DNA from: Mobula birostris | Lineage: Eukaryota | DNA: 64,000 nucleotides | NCBI RefSeq assembly: GCF_030028105.1 | Contig: NC_092387.1 | Location: 58,995,299-59,059,298, forward strand | Direction: 5' to 3' | Part shown: positions 37,846 through 51,264 of the stretch, piece by piece | How the letters are laid out: each line of letters opens with the position of its first letter | How positions within the stretch are numbered: the first letter of the stretch is position 1 | The notes under the pieces: generated by a model | What the model saw: only the letters and a program-made list of their open reading frames with translations | Database searches by the model: none | What the model was told of the DNA's origin: nothing | Program-made: the position numbers and the translations under genes

Positions 37846-39045
37846 CAAGATAGAGCACGTCACATTTCTCATTACCTATAGACTCATTTCACCCACCTGC
37901 TACCATCTTCACTGTTCACTATCCCTCAGAGTTCTGGGTCATCTGTAGATTTGGAAATTGTACCCAAAAGACACATCCAGATCATCAATATACATTTAGA
38001 AATGTGAAATTCTCAATGTAAATTTTCTTCCTGTCGAAAGACAATTTTCAGTACTACCATGTGGATAACCTTGCAGAGTCATCTGGAGTCTGATAACTAA
38101 AATGGGAAATCTGCCCAACAATATGTTAGACCATCAGGCTGGACTGGTGTTTGATGTGTATCTGACAGGCATGATTGTCCAAGTATGACTAAATAAGACT
38201 GCACCACCACAATTTCTAAGTATGTCTTGTCCTCGCACCAGCAGAGGTGGTACACCGATGTAAGAATGGGACTAAGTAGCCTTGTGAGTGCTTCATATTA
38301 ACTCCAAATCCCATGGTATCAGGTCAAAGCAGCACATGGAAACCTGATTGTCACCTACCATCCTCCTTCAAGTGATGAGTCAGTGTTCCTTCACGCTGAG
38401 CGATGTGTGGAAGGAGTGCTGAATGTAGCAATGGTGGTTTGGTAACTCCCTGTTTCCTGATCTGGTTCACTTCCAATCAGCTTAGCTGACAGCATGGGGA
38501 CTAACTGATGGTCAGCCAGCTTAATACAAACAAAACAAATACAAATGCTAGGCAGTGCAGCATACTGTAACATCATAACAGTGACCTGTTTGTTTTGTTG
38601 CTCTAGCTTCTCACTATGGAAGTGAGAGGGAGAAAGGCTGTTGTAGGTCAAATTGTCAGGTGAACACTGGTTTTTTGTTGAGCTGCAGATCATGGTCTCT
38701 CTTTGGGGGCCTTGCTATTGTTTGATGGGTACCTGCTGAAATAAGTGGGGGAGGGTTGATGCTTGGGAATAGGGAGAGGGGGCTTTGGGGTTCTATTGTT
38801 TTTCTTTCTGTCATTCATTCTTTGAGGTTCTCTTCTATTTTCATGGATGTCTGCGAAGAGCAAGAATTTCAGGTTGTATATTGTATACATTCTCTGATAG
38901 TAAATTGAACTCGGCCAGTCAAGCAACATCTGTGGAAAGAGAAACCAGTTAATATTTCAGTTGAAGACATTTTCAGAACCTAACCTCACCTTTACCATTC
39001 TGGCTATTGCAAAGAAATTCTGTCCATGAATGCATTAGCTAAGAG

Positions 39046-39271
39046 CAGGGGTCCCCAACCTTTTTTGCACTGCAGACCGGTTTAATATTGATGATATTCT
39101 TCCGGACCGGCTGACGGGTTGGGGCGGTGGGGGCGCCGGTGTTCAAGTTCAACAGTGCGTGACAGGAAATGAGGAAAGGTGCAGCTGACTCGTATTGTTT
39201 CATATCGCCAAATCATATTGTTTCCTTGCGGCCTGGTAGGATATCTTTGCGGCCCGGTGGTTGGGCCATTG
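39046..39271. mobile_element. Probable hAT-type non-autonomous DNA element (MITE)
   Basis: Left end CAGGGGTCCCCAACC; decayed right end ggttgggccattg; subterminal gcggcccgg motifs. Confidence 0.5.
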
Positions 39272-39863
39272 TATCAACCTTCTGGAGATAAATTCTTGAA
39301 TAGCATGGAAGACACTCTCTATCTGTGTTGCTATATAATTGCACTAAATGGATGAATTTGGAATGGATGTAACAGCTCAAAACAGGGACAGCAGAAATGT
39401 ACATCACCATTATCTAATTTTGTAGCCTACCTATCCCTCACTCTGTGCTTGCACTCAGACCTGGTTTAGAGGTCTGCAGAAGGGTATGCTGCAAGTTGTC
39501 CTAGTTCTGCCTTTTAAAAACAAAAGGATCATATGTTTCAATACTTTGTCATGAGAGCTAAATTTTAGGTGGTGAGCTTTCTATCTTTGACGTCAAGATA
39601 GTGTTTGAGAATGGCATTAAAACTGATACCAAAAGCGGTTTTCAGCTTTCTGCATACAGTCGAACTTACTGTCATTCAGATGTGAGCAGTTAAGTAACCT
39701 GTAACATGTACCACAAATGCCAGGTATGAACCATTAACAAGAGAATCCTGGTAACCTGTCTTTAATGAATCCTCAGTCAATATCCCAAATCGTAAGAACT
39801 TTTTACAGGGACACAATTGAGAGCATTCTGACTGGCTGCCTGGTATGGGAACTGTACTTCCCT

Positions 39864-40069
39864 AGACTAGAATACTACAGCACAGTACAGGCCCTTCGGC
39901 CCTCGATGTTGTGCCGACCCATATATTCCTAAAAAAGTACTAAACCCACACTACCCCGTAACCCTCTATTTTTCTCTCACCCATGTGCCTGTCCAAGAAG
40001 CTCTTAAACATCCCTAATGTTTTAGCCTCCACCACTATCCCTGGCAAGTCATTCCGGGCACCCACAACC

Positions 40070-40110
<41 letters not shown>

Positions 40111-41900
40111 AAACAACTTACCCCTGATGTCTCCCCTAAACTTCCCTCCCTTAACTTTGTATATATGCCCTCTAGTGCTAGCTATTCGTGCCCTGGGAAA
40201 CAGGTACTGGCTATCCACCCTATCTATGCCTCTCATAATCTTGTAGACCTCTATCAAGTCCCCTCTCATCCTCCTACGCTCCAAAGAGAAAAGTCCCAGC
40301 TCTGTTAACCTTGCCTCATAAGACTTGTTTTCCAATCCAGGCAACATCCTGGTAAATCTCCTCTGCACCCTCTCCATAGCTTCCACATCCTTCCTATAAT
40401 GAGGTGACCAGAACTGAACACAATACTCTGTGTGATCTCACCAGAGATTTGTAGAGTTGCAACATGACCTCTCTACTCTTGAACTCAATCCCCCTATTAA
40501 TGAAGCCTAACATCCCATAGGCCTTCTTAACTATCCTATCAACCTGTGCCGCGACCTTGAGGGTTGTATGGATTTGAACCCCAAGGTCCCTCTGTTCATC
40601 CACACTCTTAAGTAACCGACCATTAACCCTGTACTCAGCCTTCTGGTTTGACCTTCCAAAATGTATTACCTCACACTTATCCAGATTGAACTCCATCTGC
40701 CACTTTTCTGCCCAAGTCCGCATCTATATTTTTTTGTAACCTTCGACAACCTACAGCTCCATCCGCAACTCCTCCAATCTTTGTGTCATCTGCAAACTTA
40801 CTCACCCATCCTTCCACCTCTTCATCCAGGTCATTTATAAAAATCGCAAAGAGCAGGGGTCCCAGGACAGATCCTTGCGGCACTCCACTAGTCACTGACC
40901 TCCAGGCAGAATACTTTCCTTCCACTACTACCCTCTGCTTTCTTCCTGTAAGCCAATTTTTTATCCAAACAGCCAAGGTTCCACTGATCCCATGCATCGT
41001 GACTTTCTGGATGAGTCTCTCGTGGGGGACCTTGTCAAATGCTTTGCTAAAATCCATGTAGACCACATCTACCGCCCTACCCTCATCAATTTCTTTTGTT
41101 ACCTCTTCAAAAAAAACTCAATTAGGTTTGTGAGGCACAACCTTCCCTTCATAAACCAATGTTGACTATCCTTGAGTAGACTGTACTTCTCCAAATGCTC
41201 ATAGATCCTATCCTTAAGAATCCGTTCCAATAGTTTGCAGACCATTGACGTAGGACTCACCGGTCTATAGTTCCCAGGATTTTCGCTATTACCTTTTTTA
41301 AACAAGGGAACTACATTTGCCATTCTCCAATCCTCCAGCACCTCCCTTGCAGCCTAAGAGGATTCAAAGATCATAGCTACTGCTCCAGCGATCTCTTCTC
41401 TCACTTCCCACAGCAACCTGGGGTATACCACGTCCGGCCCTGATGTTTTTAAGAAGATCCAACACTACTTCTTCCTTAATCTTCACATTGTCCAGCACAC
41501 AGGCCTGTTCTATTTCGACCTCACCCTGATCAAGGTCCTTTTCACTTGTGAATACTGAAGCAAAGTATTCATTTAGGACCTCCCCAACCTCCTCCACCTC
41601 CAGGCACATGTTGCTTTCTTTATCCTTTAGCGGCCCCACCTTCATTCTTGTCATCCTTCTGTTCTTCACATACGCATAGAACGCCTTGGGGTTCTCCTTA
41701 ATTCTACATGCCAAGGCCTTCTCATGCCCCCTTCGAGCTCTCCTAAGTCCTTTCTTAAGCTCCTTCCTGGCTACCCTATATTTCTCATGAGCCCCTCCTT
41801 CCTGCTTCTTATATCTAACATGTGCTTCCTTCTTCCTCTTGATGAGTTGCCTCACGTGTTTCGTCAGCCACAGTTCCCTTTTTCTACCATTTTTTCCTTG
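39864..41900 (-). mobile_element. CR1 LINE (5'-truncated, internally deleted) nested in a Rex1-like fragment
   Basis: YMDFSKAFDKVPH, GVPQGSVLGP, FADD, VQRRFTRMLPG. tccct duplicated at 39859-39863 and 41901-41905. The host reading TIESILTGC..WYGNCTS|LNRKALQRV rejoins across the insert. Confidence 0.92.
40070..40110. repeat. Compound (TG)n(TA)n microsatellite
   Basis: About 10 TG units followed by about 11 TA units, inside CR1 ORF2. Confidence 0.95.
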
Positions 41901-42579
41901 TCCCTCAATCGCAAGGCTCTGCAGAGAGTGTTGTAGACAGCCCAGCGCATCTGTAGATGTGAACTTCCCATTATTCAGGACATTTACAAATACAGGTGTG
42001 TAAAACTGAAGGCTTGTGTGCCATCTATAAAATGTGTGTATTTCTTTACTGGCTTAGCTATTTTGTCAGTTCCTCGCAAAACCTTGACGACAAGGGCAGT
42101 GAGCAGATGGGAATCACTTACACATGCTCCCCTCCAAATCACATGCCTGCATTGACTTTCCTCGGACACTGTATCTAAATCCTGGGACATCCTACAAACA
42201 GTACAGAGGGGAGTGCCATCACCAGAAGGACTGCAGCAGTTCACAAAAGTGGCTCACCACCAGGAGCACCTTCACAGAAGTCAGGGTCATCTATAAATGG
42301 AGGCCTTTCCTGTGTTACTCACATTCCAAAATAAAGCTGTCTCAGCAGTGTAGGTGAAGGGTCTTGACCCTAATCATCGCTCTCCGTTTACAGATGCCCT
42401 CCGAGTTCTTCCAGCAATTTGGTTTTTTTTGTTCCGGATTCCAGCATCTGCAGTCTTTTGTCTCCAGTAAACTCTTAAATACATTAAACAAGAAGTTCCT
42501 TATTAGCTGAAACAATTGCAATGAACACTCTAATTCTGTACCACTATTTACAAAAGTTGATGCATCTATCAAAGCACAA

Positions 42580-42955
42580 CTAGTCATCATGACGTGCTGT
42601 GTCATAAGACATGGGCAGTCATGGTCTTTGACCATGATTGTTTTTGGCAGATATTTCTACGGAAGTGGTCTTTTATTGCAGCCTTCTGGGCAGTGTCTTT
42701 ACAATTTGGGTGACCCCAGCCTTATCAATACTCATCAGTGGTTGTCTGCCTGGCATCAGTGGTCACATAACCAGGACTTGGGATATGCATTAGCTGCTCA
42801 TATGTCTACCTACCACCTGCGCCCATGGCTTCATGAGACCCTGATTGAGGGGCTAAGCAGATGCTCAACCTTACCCAACAGTTCTGCAGGCTTGTGGAGG
42901 GAAGGAATACCTTGCATCTCCTTTGGTAGAGATATAACTCCACCTCGCCACCCAA
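42580..42955 (-). mobile_element. Possible RTE-tailed SINE
   Basis: On the minus strand the 3' end reads accacttcc...atctgccaaaaacaatcatgg...catgatga, resembling RTE/BovB-type tails. Confidence 0.35.
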
Positions 42956-45900
42956 AAAGCACAATTACATAAAATAATTCGGTCAACTTCCAAGAAAGAA
43001 CAGATCACGTAAAATTCAATATGCAGTGATGGTAGATAAAGATTCATTTTAGTTTATTGTTTTTGCCTTTTTTTCCCTCCGATTACCTTTATTAAATATA
43101 AGTATTCCTGTAGCGGTGATTTGCTGATTCATGCAAAATATTAATCTTGACCGGGCAATGGCTACAGTGTAATTTTGCACTTGGCTGTCCTTATGAATTT
43201 TATCACAGCTGTTGTTTTTGCACTAGATTTTCTCATATTTGTGATTTACAACTCCACTGCAAAGTTTCTTTGAGGGAATCCTACCTTGAAGAAGTTTAAA
43301 CCTTCCCTTTAGAAGTGCAACCTTCTGTCTGTTTCCCCTCTGTGATCTCTGCTACCCTCTGATGTGTCAGCCGTGTTCTCACCCAGACCTGCTAGCACAG
43401 CCATGTATCCCAGCATTTCACTTCCTTCCCTGCCCCCATCACCTTCCTCTGACTTCTCCCCTTCCTTTCCAGTCCTGATGAAGAGTTTTGTCCCAAAATG
43501 TCGACTGTTAACTATATTCCATAGATGCGGCCTCGCGTGCTGAGTTCTTCCAGTATTTTGTGTGTTGCTTCACAACTCCATACTTGATTTGATGTTCATT
43601 TTAAAAAATTGACTGCAAAATGGTTAACAAAGTAAAAGTTAAAGTAAAATTATTGTCCATCTATATATCAGCATATACTACCTTGAGAATTTATGAAAAA
43701 CTATACATAACAAACAAACAATGTACAAGAGAAATCATGGTGCATAGAAAGAAAGAAAGAACTGAAAACATGAGTTGTAAAATCTTTGAAAGTGAGTTTT
43801 TAGGTTGTGAAATCAGTTCAGAGTTCAGGTGAGTGAAGTGAACAAGCTTGTTTAGTTCTCTGTCTCCTGATCCCATCTTTCTGCTCTGTCCCTTTGAGGT
43901 ACAAATCTTATTGCAGCCTCCAAATTGTGGTCGGGCATGGCAGGGAGAGTTTTTCTTCCTTCTCCCATCTGTGTGAGATGTGGGACATTTGAGAGACTTT
44001 GAACTTTTACTGTGCTCATGGACTTCTTCATCAAGTTATGGTATTGTTGTACTGTTGTAACTATATGTTATAATTATGTGGTGTTGTCAGTTTTTTCAGT
44101 CTTGGTTTGTCCTGTGTTGTGTGATATCACACCGGAGGAAATATTGTGTCATTTCTTAATGCATGCATTACTAAATGACAATAAAAGAGGACTGCGTGTC
44201 TTCATAATCTAAAAAGATTACTTTCGTAATTCAGACAGACTCGATAAGAACCTATCATTGTTTTTAAAATATATGTGCCTTAGATTCAAACATCAGATGA
44301 TGCACGAACCTATTAAACAAAGTAAGCTGTCTTGCCATGAACTGCCTGTTCCATGTTGCTTGATGTACTTTTATTCAAAGGTAATATTTTGTTAGAGTTT
44401 GTCTTCAAAAGAGGGCATAAATCGGGTGAGAGAATAAATGTTTACCATTGAAAGTGGTAGGGAATATTGAGGAAGTGGATTTTTAAAAGTTCCTCCTCCA
44501 GCCCCTGACCTATTCCAGCCATCTGGCTTCACCTTTCACCTTCCTGCTAGCCTCCTTCCCCTCCCCCCATACTTTTTTTATTCTGGCTTCTTCCTTCCTT
44601 CCCAATCTTGAAGAAGGGCAGCCTGAAACATCAACTATCTCATTATTTCCATAGATGCTGCCTAACCTCCTGAGTTCCTCCAGCATTTTCTGTGTTGCTT
44701 TGGATTTCCAGCATGTGCAGAATTTCTTGTGTTTATTTAAATTAAAAAATTTGCAAGATCCCAGACTTTGAGAGCATATGAAATCATCAGTAAGTCATTT
44801 AGCACCTCAGACATTTCCCACAATTCAATAAAATTGTAATGTTTTCTGTAGTAGTGTAATTTTCCTTGATTCCTGTAATATCTTATAATCTATTGATATA
44901 AATACAATCTTGGAATACAAAAGTAGGAAAAGCCCACACCTTTATGAAATATGAATGGTGTCCAAGTCTAGGCATTACACTTTGGTAAAGATGTGAGGCC
45001 CTTGGAGTGATAGTGAAAGATTTTCTGGAGTGATTTCAGGTTTGAGATTTTTTTTAGTTCTGTAGATAGAATGAATAAGATGGGCATGTTCATGTTGACA
45101 CAGGAGGTTGAGAGGGGATCTGACAAGTACAGTAAATAAAATTACATGGTGTCTGGAGAGGACTGATAAAAGGAACTACCATTGGCGGTATGGTCAAAAA
45201 ACAGGTTGCATAGTGATTCTAATTGACAGTAGAACCAAAGTGACCACAAAAGTAAACTTTACATAAGTGTTTCCTGTTTGGAATACGCTGCTGAAGATAG
45301 TTGTAGAAGTAGATTCAATAATAGCTTTCAGAAGGATAATGGTTTAGTTAAAAGAATTTGCAACACTCTGGGAAGATGAAGCAATAGGATTTTTTCACAA
45401 TGCTTATTTAGTCACTCAATTCATAATAAAATCGAATTAGATTTCCACACAACACTCTTCCTCTTAGAATCTCTCGAGTTACCAGAGGTAAGAATAAAGT
45501 GCAGTGTCATGCACTTTGGATGAGTAATTGGTGAATTGCATGTGAGGCCTGTGTGATCTGCACAGTTAAAATCTAAATCTTTGTTTAAGTTTTTTAAAAA
45601 AAATTCCATAGACTGACAGCTTGTGCTTTGCAGGGTCTTTAATTTCTCTTTTCCCCTATAACACTAAATATTAATTTTGATGTGTATGGCTTCATGGTTA
45701 CAATCTATTTTTATCTGATATACAGCCTGATTGTCAGTGGTTAATTGTGGAGAGTGGGTCAGCTGGGGAAGGGGGAAAAGGCGGGGGGGTGTTAGATATG
45801 CAGAGAAACTACCACAGTCAAATCCTATTAGGTGCTAATCTGATGTGGGTCAATGTTACTGGATCTTGTTTTTATTTGGCCTTGATATGTGATAGAGATT

Positions 45901-47587
45901 TATTTTGCTATCACATTGTTCAATTCTTGGCTGAGATTGACTCTTGGGTCTTCCTGGCTTGGATGGTTTAATTGCCAACTGGATATTGTCGCTGTCTGGG
46001 ACATTAGAGGGGTATATTTAAGTTCCTTATGTCACTAACTATTATTTCAGTTTGTTTATTGTTGATACAAACTAAATTTCAATATTTATATTTTTGAATC
46101 TCATTTGTTACTAAATTCACTGGTTTAATGAGCATTGAGTAAAGCTGTTTACTCAGTAACAACCACAAAACTGGTTGTAGAGGGATAAAGCACTACAGCA
46201 CAGAAACAAATCCTTTGGCCCATCTAATCTGTGCCAAGCTAGTATTCTGCCTAGTCCCTTCAACCCACGCCTGGACAATAGCCCTCTATGTCCATCCCAT
46301 CTAGTCAAAGCTCCCTTAAAGGTTATCTACATTTTTAGGCATGTAGTATAATTTCTTAATCTATATTCCAAGAAATTTGGATCATAAGACATGGAAGCAG
46401 AATTGGGCCATTTGGCTCCACCGCTTCGTCATGGCTGATTTATTATCCTTCTCGACCTCAGTCACCTGCTGCTGTTCGTGATCTTTGATACCTATCAACC
46501 TTCACTTTAAATATACTTAATGAACTGCCCTGTACAACTGTCTGTGGCAGTGAATCCACATATTCGCTACCCTCTGGCTAAAGAAAATTTTCCTCATCTC
46601 TGTTCTAAATGGACATTCCTAAATTCTGATGCTGTGTCTTCTGGTCCTAGAGTCCACTGCTGTAGGAAACATTCTTTTCACATCAACTCCATCTGTCCCT
46701 TTCAAAAATCGATAGGTTTCAACGATACTCTCTCATTCTTCTCAACTCCAACAAGTACAGATCCCAGAGCATCAAACACTTAATATGTGTGTTAACCCTT
46801 TTATTCCTGTGATCATTGTTGTGAACCTCCTCTGGATCCTCGCCAATGGCAGTGCATCTTTTTTTAGGCAAGTGGCCCAAAACTGCTCTCAATACTCCAT
46901 GTGGTCTGACCAATGCCTTAAAACCTCAGCATTACATCCTTGCTTTTATGTTCTAGTCCTCTCAAAATGAATGCTAACATTGCATTTGTCACTGATTCAA
47001 CATACAGGTTAACTTTTGGGAACCTTGCATGAGGTCTCCGAAGTCACTTTGCACCTTTGATTTTTGTAATTTCTCCCATTTAGAAAATAGTCCATGTCTT
47101 TATTCCTTTTACCAAAGTGCATGACCATGCACTCCCCTACACTATATTCCATCTGGCACTTCTTTACACCCCTTCCCCCAGTCTAAGTCCTCCACCTATC
47201 TTTGTATCGTCTGCAAACTTGGCCACAAAGCCATCAGTTCCTTCATCCAGACCATTGACAAGCGATTTGAAAAGAAGCTGTCCCAACACTGACCACTGTG
47301 GCACACCACTAGTCACCGGCAGCCAGCCAGAAAAGGCCCCCTTCGGTCTCAGTCCTGCCTGATACATCAACTGTACCTTTTTTTCCATAGATGCTGCCTG
47401 GCCTGCTGAGTTCCTCCAGCATTTTGTATCTGTATTGTTTGGATTTCCAGCATCTGCAGATTTTATCATGTTTCTATCCATACCAAATACCTTCCCTGTA
47501 ATATCATGGGTTCCTGTTTTGGTAAACAGCCTCGTGCGCACCTTGTCAAAAGCCTTCTGAAAATCCAAATAAACAACATCCACCGAC

Positions 47588-47818
47588 ACACATCAAAGTT
47601 GCTGATGAACGCGGCAGGCCAGGCAGCATCTCTAGGAAGAGGTACAGTCGACGTTTCAGGCCGAGACCCTTCGTAAGTCCTGATGAAGGGTCTCGGCCTG
47701 AAACGTCGACTGTACCTCTTCCTAGAGATGCTGCCTGGCCTGCTGCGTTCACCAGCAACTTTGATGTGTGTTGCTTGAATTTCCAGCATCTGCAGAATTC
47801 CTGTTGTTTGCATTTTTA
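47588..47818. mobile_element. Fold-back PLE-tail insert with 13-bp TSD
   Basis: aacatccaccgac at 47575-47587 and 47819-47831. Arms 47587-47672 and 47685-47770 are near-perfect inverted repeats. Confidence 0.88.
47676..47712 (+). ncRNA. Minimal type I hammerhead ribozyme motif, intact core, sense to SCAMP2 pre-mRNA
   Basis: AGTC-CTGATGA-AGG(GTCTCGG)CCT-GAA-ACGT-C-GACT. Predicted cleavage 3' of C47707. Confidence 0.8.
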
Positions 47819-49444
47819 AACATCCACCGACTCTCCTTTATCTATCCTAACTACAATCATTTGAGGAAATAGCAGATTTGTCAGGCAAGACTTCGCCTTT
47901 AAAAAACCATGCTGACTTAGGCCTATTTTATCATGAGCTTCCAAGTACCTCATCCTTAATAATAGACTCCAACATCTTTCCAACAAGTAAAGTCAGGCTA
48001 ATTGGCTTATAACTTTCTTTCTTCTGCCTCCCTCCTTTCTTAAAGAGTGGAGTGACATTTGTTTATTATAATGCCTCCACAATCTCTTCAGCTACCTCTT
48101 TCAGAACCCTGCGATGCAGTCCATCTGGTCTAACTGACTTACCTACCTTCAGGCTTTTCAGCTTCCCAGGGTTTAGGGACGGGGATATGGAGGAGTTAGA
48201 GGTCAGGTAGGAGTCTAGGCTTCTGCTCTACGTTCGAAGGCCAGCAATGTGGATGGGTGAAAGAGGACATCCTATGGATGTCAGGCTGGCAAGCACTGTG
48301 GATAAGGACCAGCTACAATAAGGGGTGGTGGCCCACTGGGTCATCTAAATCCCGTCACCCACCTTCTCTTCCCCCTGGTCAGTGGGTTCTGGAATCGGAT
48401 GTCTATGAGAGCAGGGAGCATGAAAAATGGCATAACCCCCCCCCCCGACCCCCCCCAAGGTGCATGAGTTGATGAGTTTGGGGTTTCATTAGTGGCTAGT
48501 CCTGGCATCAACCTTAGATTGAAGCCTGAAGATCATTTAGGAAGTCTGGAAGTTGAGGTTTGATGGCCAAAGCCCTGGGTCTTTGAGTCTGAAGTCCCTG
48601 ATGAAGTTGGAGGCCCATTATCCATTGTCCACAAGTCCACTGGAAATCTGGGGGTCTGTCCTAGGGTTGTACGCATGCAGTGTTGATGCCAGAATGTGTG
48701 GATATAATTGCCGGCTGATCCCAGGTTGTGTGGATTGTTAGTGCAAACGACATATTTTGTTGTGTTTTGATGTACATGAGATAAATAAATGAATGTGAAC
48801 AAAAATATTGAAGTGCTGATATGGCAATAGTCTTGATAAAACTACTCAGTACCTCATGTCTCATTCTAATCAAGAAGGTGCATTCAAATTCCTGAGTCAA
48901 TTCAGTCAAGGGTCCAAAAGTTAATCTCCGGTTAAGAGAGAATAATGTGAGGGCTGCAGGAAAGAAACTTCATTCTTGGATGAGGGAGCAGCTGAGATAA
49001 ATCAGTCTAATAATGTACACATGGCAAACTAAACAGTAATGGTTGGCAGAGGAAGAGAAGATGCTAAATTTTTGGAGAGGACTTGCTGTCAGAATTGTCA
49101 CGGAGATGATGAAGAAAGCAAATTAAGATAGTGAAATGACGAGAAAAATTAATGTTGCGATGATTCTCCCTGCAGGAGTAAACCGATATTGGGCAAATAG
49201 AATGTCATCAATATTTCTGTGACAAATTTTATTACATTGTTAATTTCTTTTTGAACTTATGATACATTAAAATGTATATTAACAATGGCTGAGGGAACTA
49301 TTAACATAGAAAATCTTTGTTATTTCATTTCAGCAATTTTAGACTCAAATTAAGTCTAATCTGGTAACCACTAGGAAGTTCTTCTTACTGAGATCAAAAC
49401 AATGATTCTTTTTTGCATTAAAAGACATGAAAAATTATGGTTTG

Positions 49445-51264
49445 AATCAATTCAGGGAATGGGACAAATGGATTTCCCGCTTCATTTGGCAAGGAAAGAA
49501 ACCTAGAATTCGATATAACACCTTACAGTTAGGGAAGGAAGGAGGAGGTATGGTTCTTCCTTGCCTGAGAAATTATTTTTATGCCTCACAGATAACCCCT
49601 CTGTTATATTGGTGTAATAGGGAATATAAGGCTAGATGGAAGGAAATAGAATTTGGATTAGTTGACAGTTTTCCTCTACAGGCCTCAATAGCTGACAAAG
49701 GATTGATGGTCGAATTGGAAAAATTTAAAAACAGTTGGATAAATCTTATATTAAAAGTATGGCAGAAGGTGGTTAATTCGTGTGGAATTAATAACATGTT
49801 AAAACTCTTCAGATGGTGTGCATATGATACCGAATTCCTTCCCAACAGAGGAGATAAAAGATTTGAACTATGGATAAAGGAAGGTCTTACAACCTACCTC
49901 TCATTTATAGATAAAAGAGTATTACAAAGTTTCCAAATCCTGCAGGACAAACATGGCCTAGAACACAATGACTTTTTTAGGTACCTTCCAGTACGAAACT
50001 ATGTTAACCAGAGTTGTAGATATACAGACCTATCAACAGTAGAATTAGAATTTTTCAAGATTCTGAATTCGGCTTGCAGTTTAATACCTAGTAAATCAGT
50101 TTCTCGATTATATAATGCACTCTCCCATGCTAAAAATGTAAACACATTGTATATTAAAGAGAAGTGGGAGAAAGAAGCGGGGTTGGTACTTTCAGAGGAG
50201 ACATGGGGGAAAATATGCAGCTTTCAATGGTCCTCGACTAATTCTTTGACTTGGAGAGAACATTGTTGGAAAAATATTATAAGATACTTCAAGACCCCAT
50301 ATCAGGAAAAATATAAAGATACAAACGTGACGTGTTGGAGAAGGTGCGGCTCCAAGGAGGCAAATCATTTTCATATTTTCTGGGATTGCCCTAAATTAAG
50401 TATATATTAGGAAGGTATTCATAGAACATTAGTTAAGGTACTTAGGTCCCAGATACCTCTGAACTTTGAGACGCTCTATTTGGGGCAAAGTTGCTGCAGA
50501 CCCTCTTAGCGGCAAGTAAGAAATCAATCACTAGAAAGTGGCTAAATCCAATACCACCTACATTAGAAGATTGGCACAAAATCATCTTGGAAATATTTAA
50601 AATGGAAAAGTTGACTTACTCCCTGAGAATTCAAAAAGAAAAATTTTGTCAAATCTGGAATAAATGGATTGAATATATAACCCCAATGTGAGCAGACTTT
50701 AGATGACTCTCCTAATGATTTATACTGCTCTTCTCATCAACACAGTAATATTGCTAACGTAAGCACCCCTAGTCTAAATGTTTACTGTTTTTTGTTTCCT
50801 TTTGGAAAATAGAGAATTAATACAAGTAAAGGAAAAGATTTGGGAAAGGGATAAAAAAATGATAAAATTAAGTAAATAAGTACATAGGGATTGGATAATT
50901 ATGTCTGGGGGCAGGAGCAAGCACGAACAAATTAGGATAGAAACACCTACAATGGTTGTTACATAGGCTTACATACAACATTTTGGACCAGTGGAAATGG
51001 TCCAGAAGAGAGAGATGGAAACTATTATTACTATTTTTCTTAACAACTAATACCATTACTTAGCCTAATAGATTAGAATTACCACTGTACATAATTATCT
51101 ATTTAAGTGTCTAATTTCCTTTTATATCATCTCAATGTGTACTTAAGAATGTATAAATAATTATAGTTTTATACAAATAAAAAAATGGAAAAGGTTATAC
51201 GTGTGAAAAAAGTACATGATACTTGTGAATTCCTTATCCAAATAAAAATAAAATTTAAAAAAAA
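49445..51264 (+). mobile_element. 5'-truncated L1-clade LINE with poly(A) tail and 16-bp TSD
   Basis: FIWQGKKPRI...GGGMVLP...YFYA and a CWRRC...HFHIFWDC zinc knuckle. AATAAA plus A-tail. gaaaaattatggtttg at 49429-49444 and 51265-51280. Confidence 0.93.

Larger units (their letters stand above)
46385..48170 (-). mobile_element. Degraded CR1 LINE with two nested PLE-tail inserts
   Basis: VDVVYLDFQKAFDKV, VTSGVPQWSVLG, FADDTKIGG. Interrupted at ~47345-47465 and 47588-47818. Confidence 0.88.

Noticed and set aside
49427-50410. 327-aa ORF as a novel nested gene
   Set aside because: It is L1 ORF2 C-terminal sequence bounded by a TSD and poly(A); the ATG comes from the flank.
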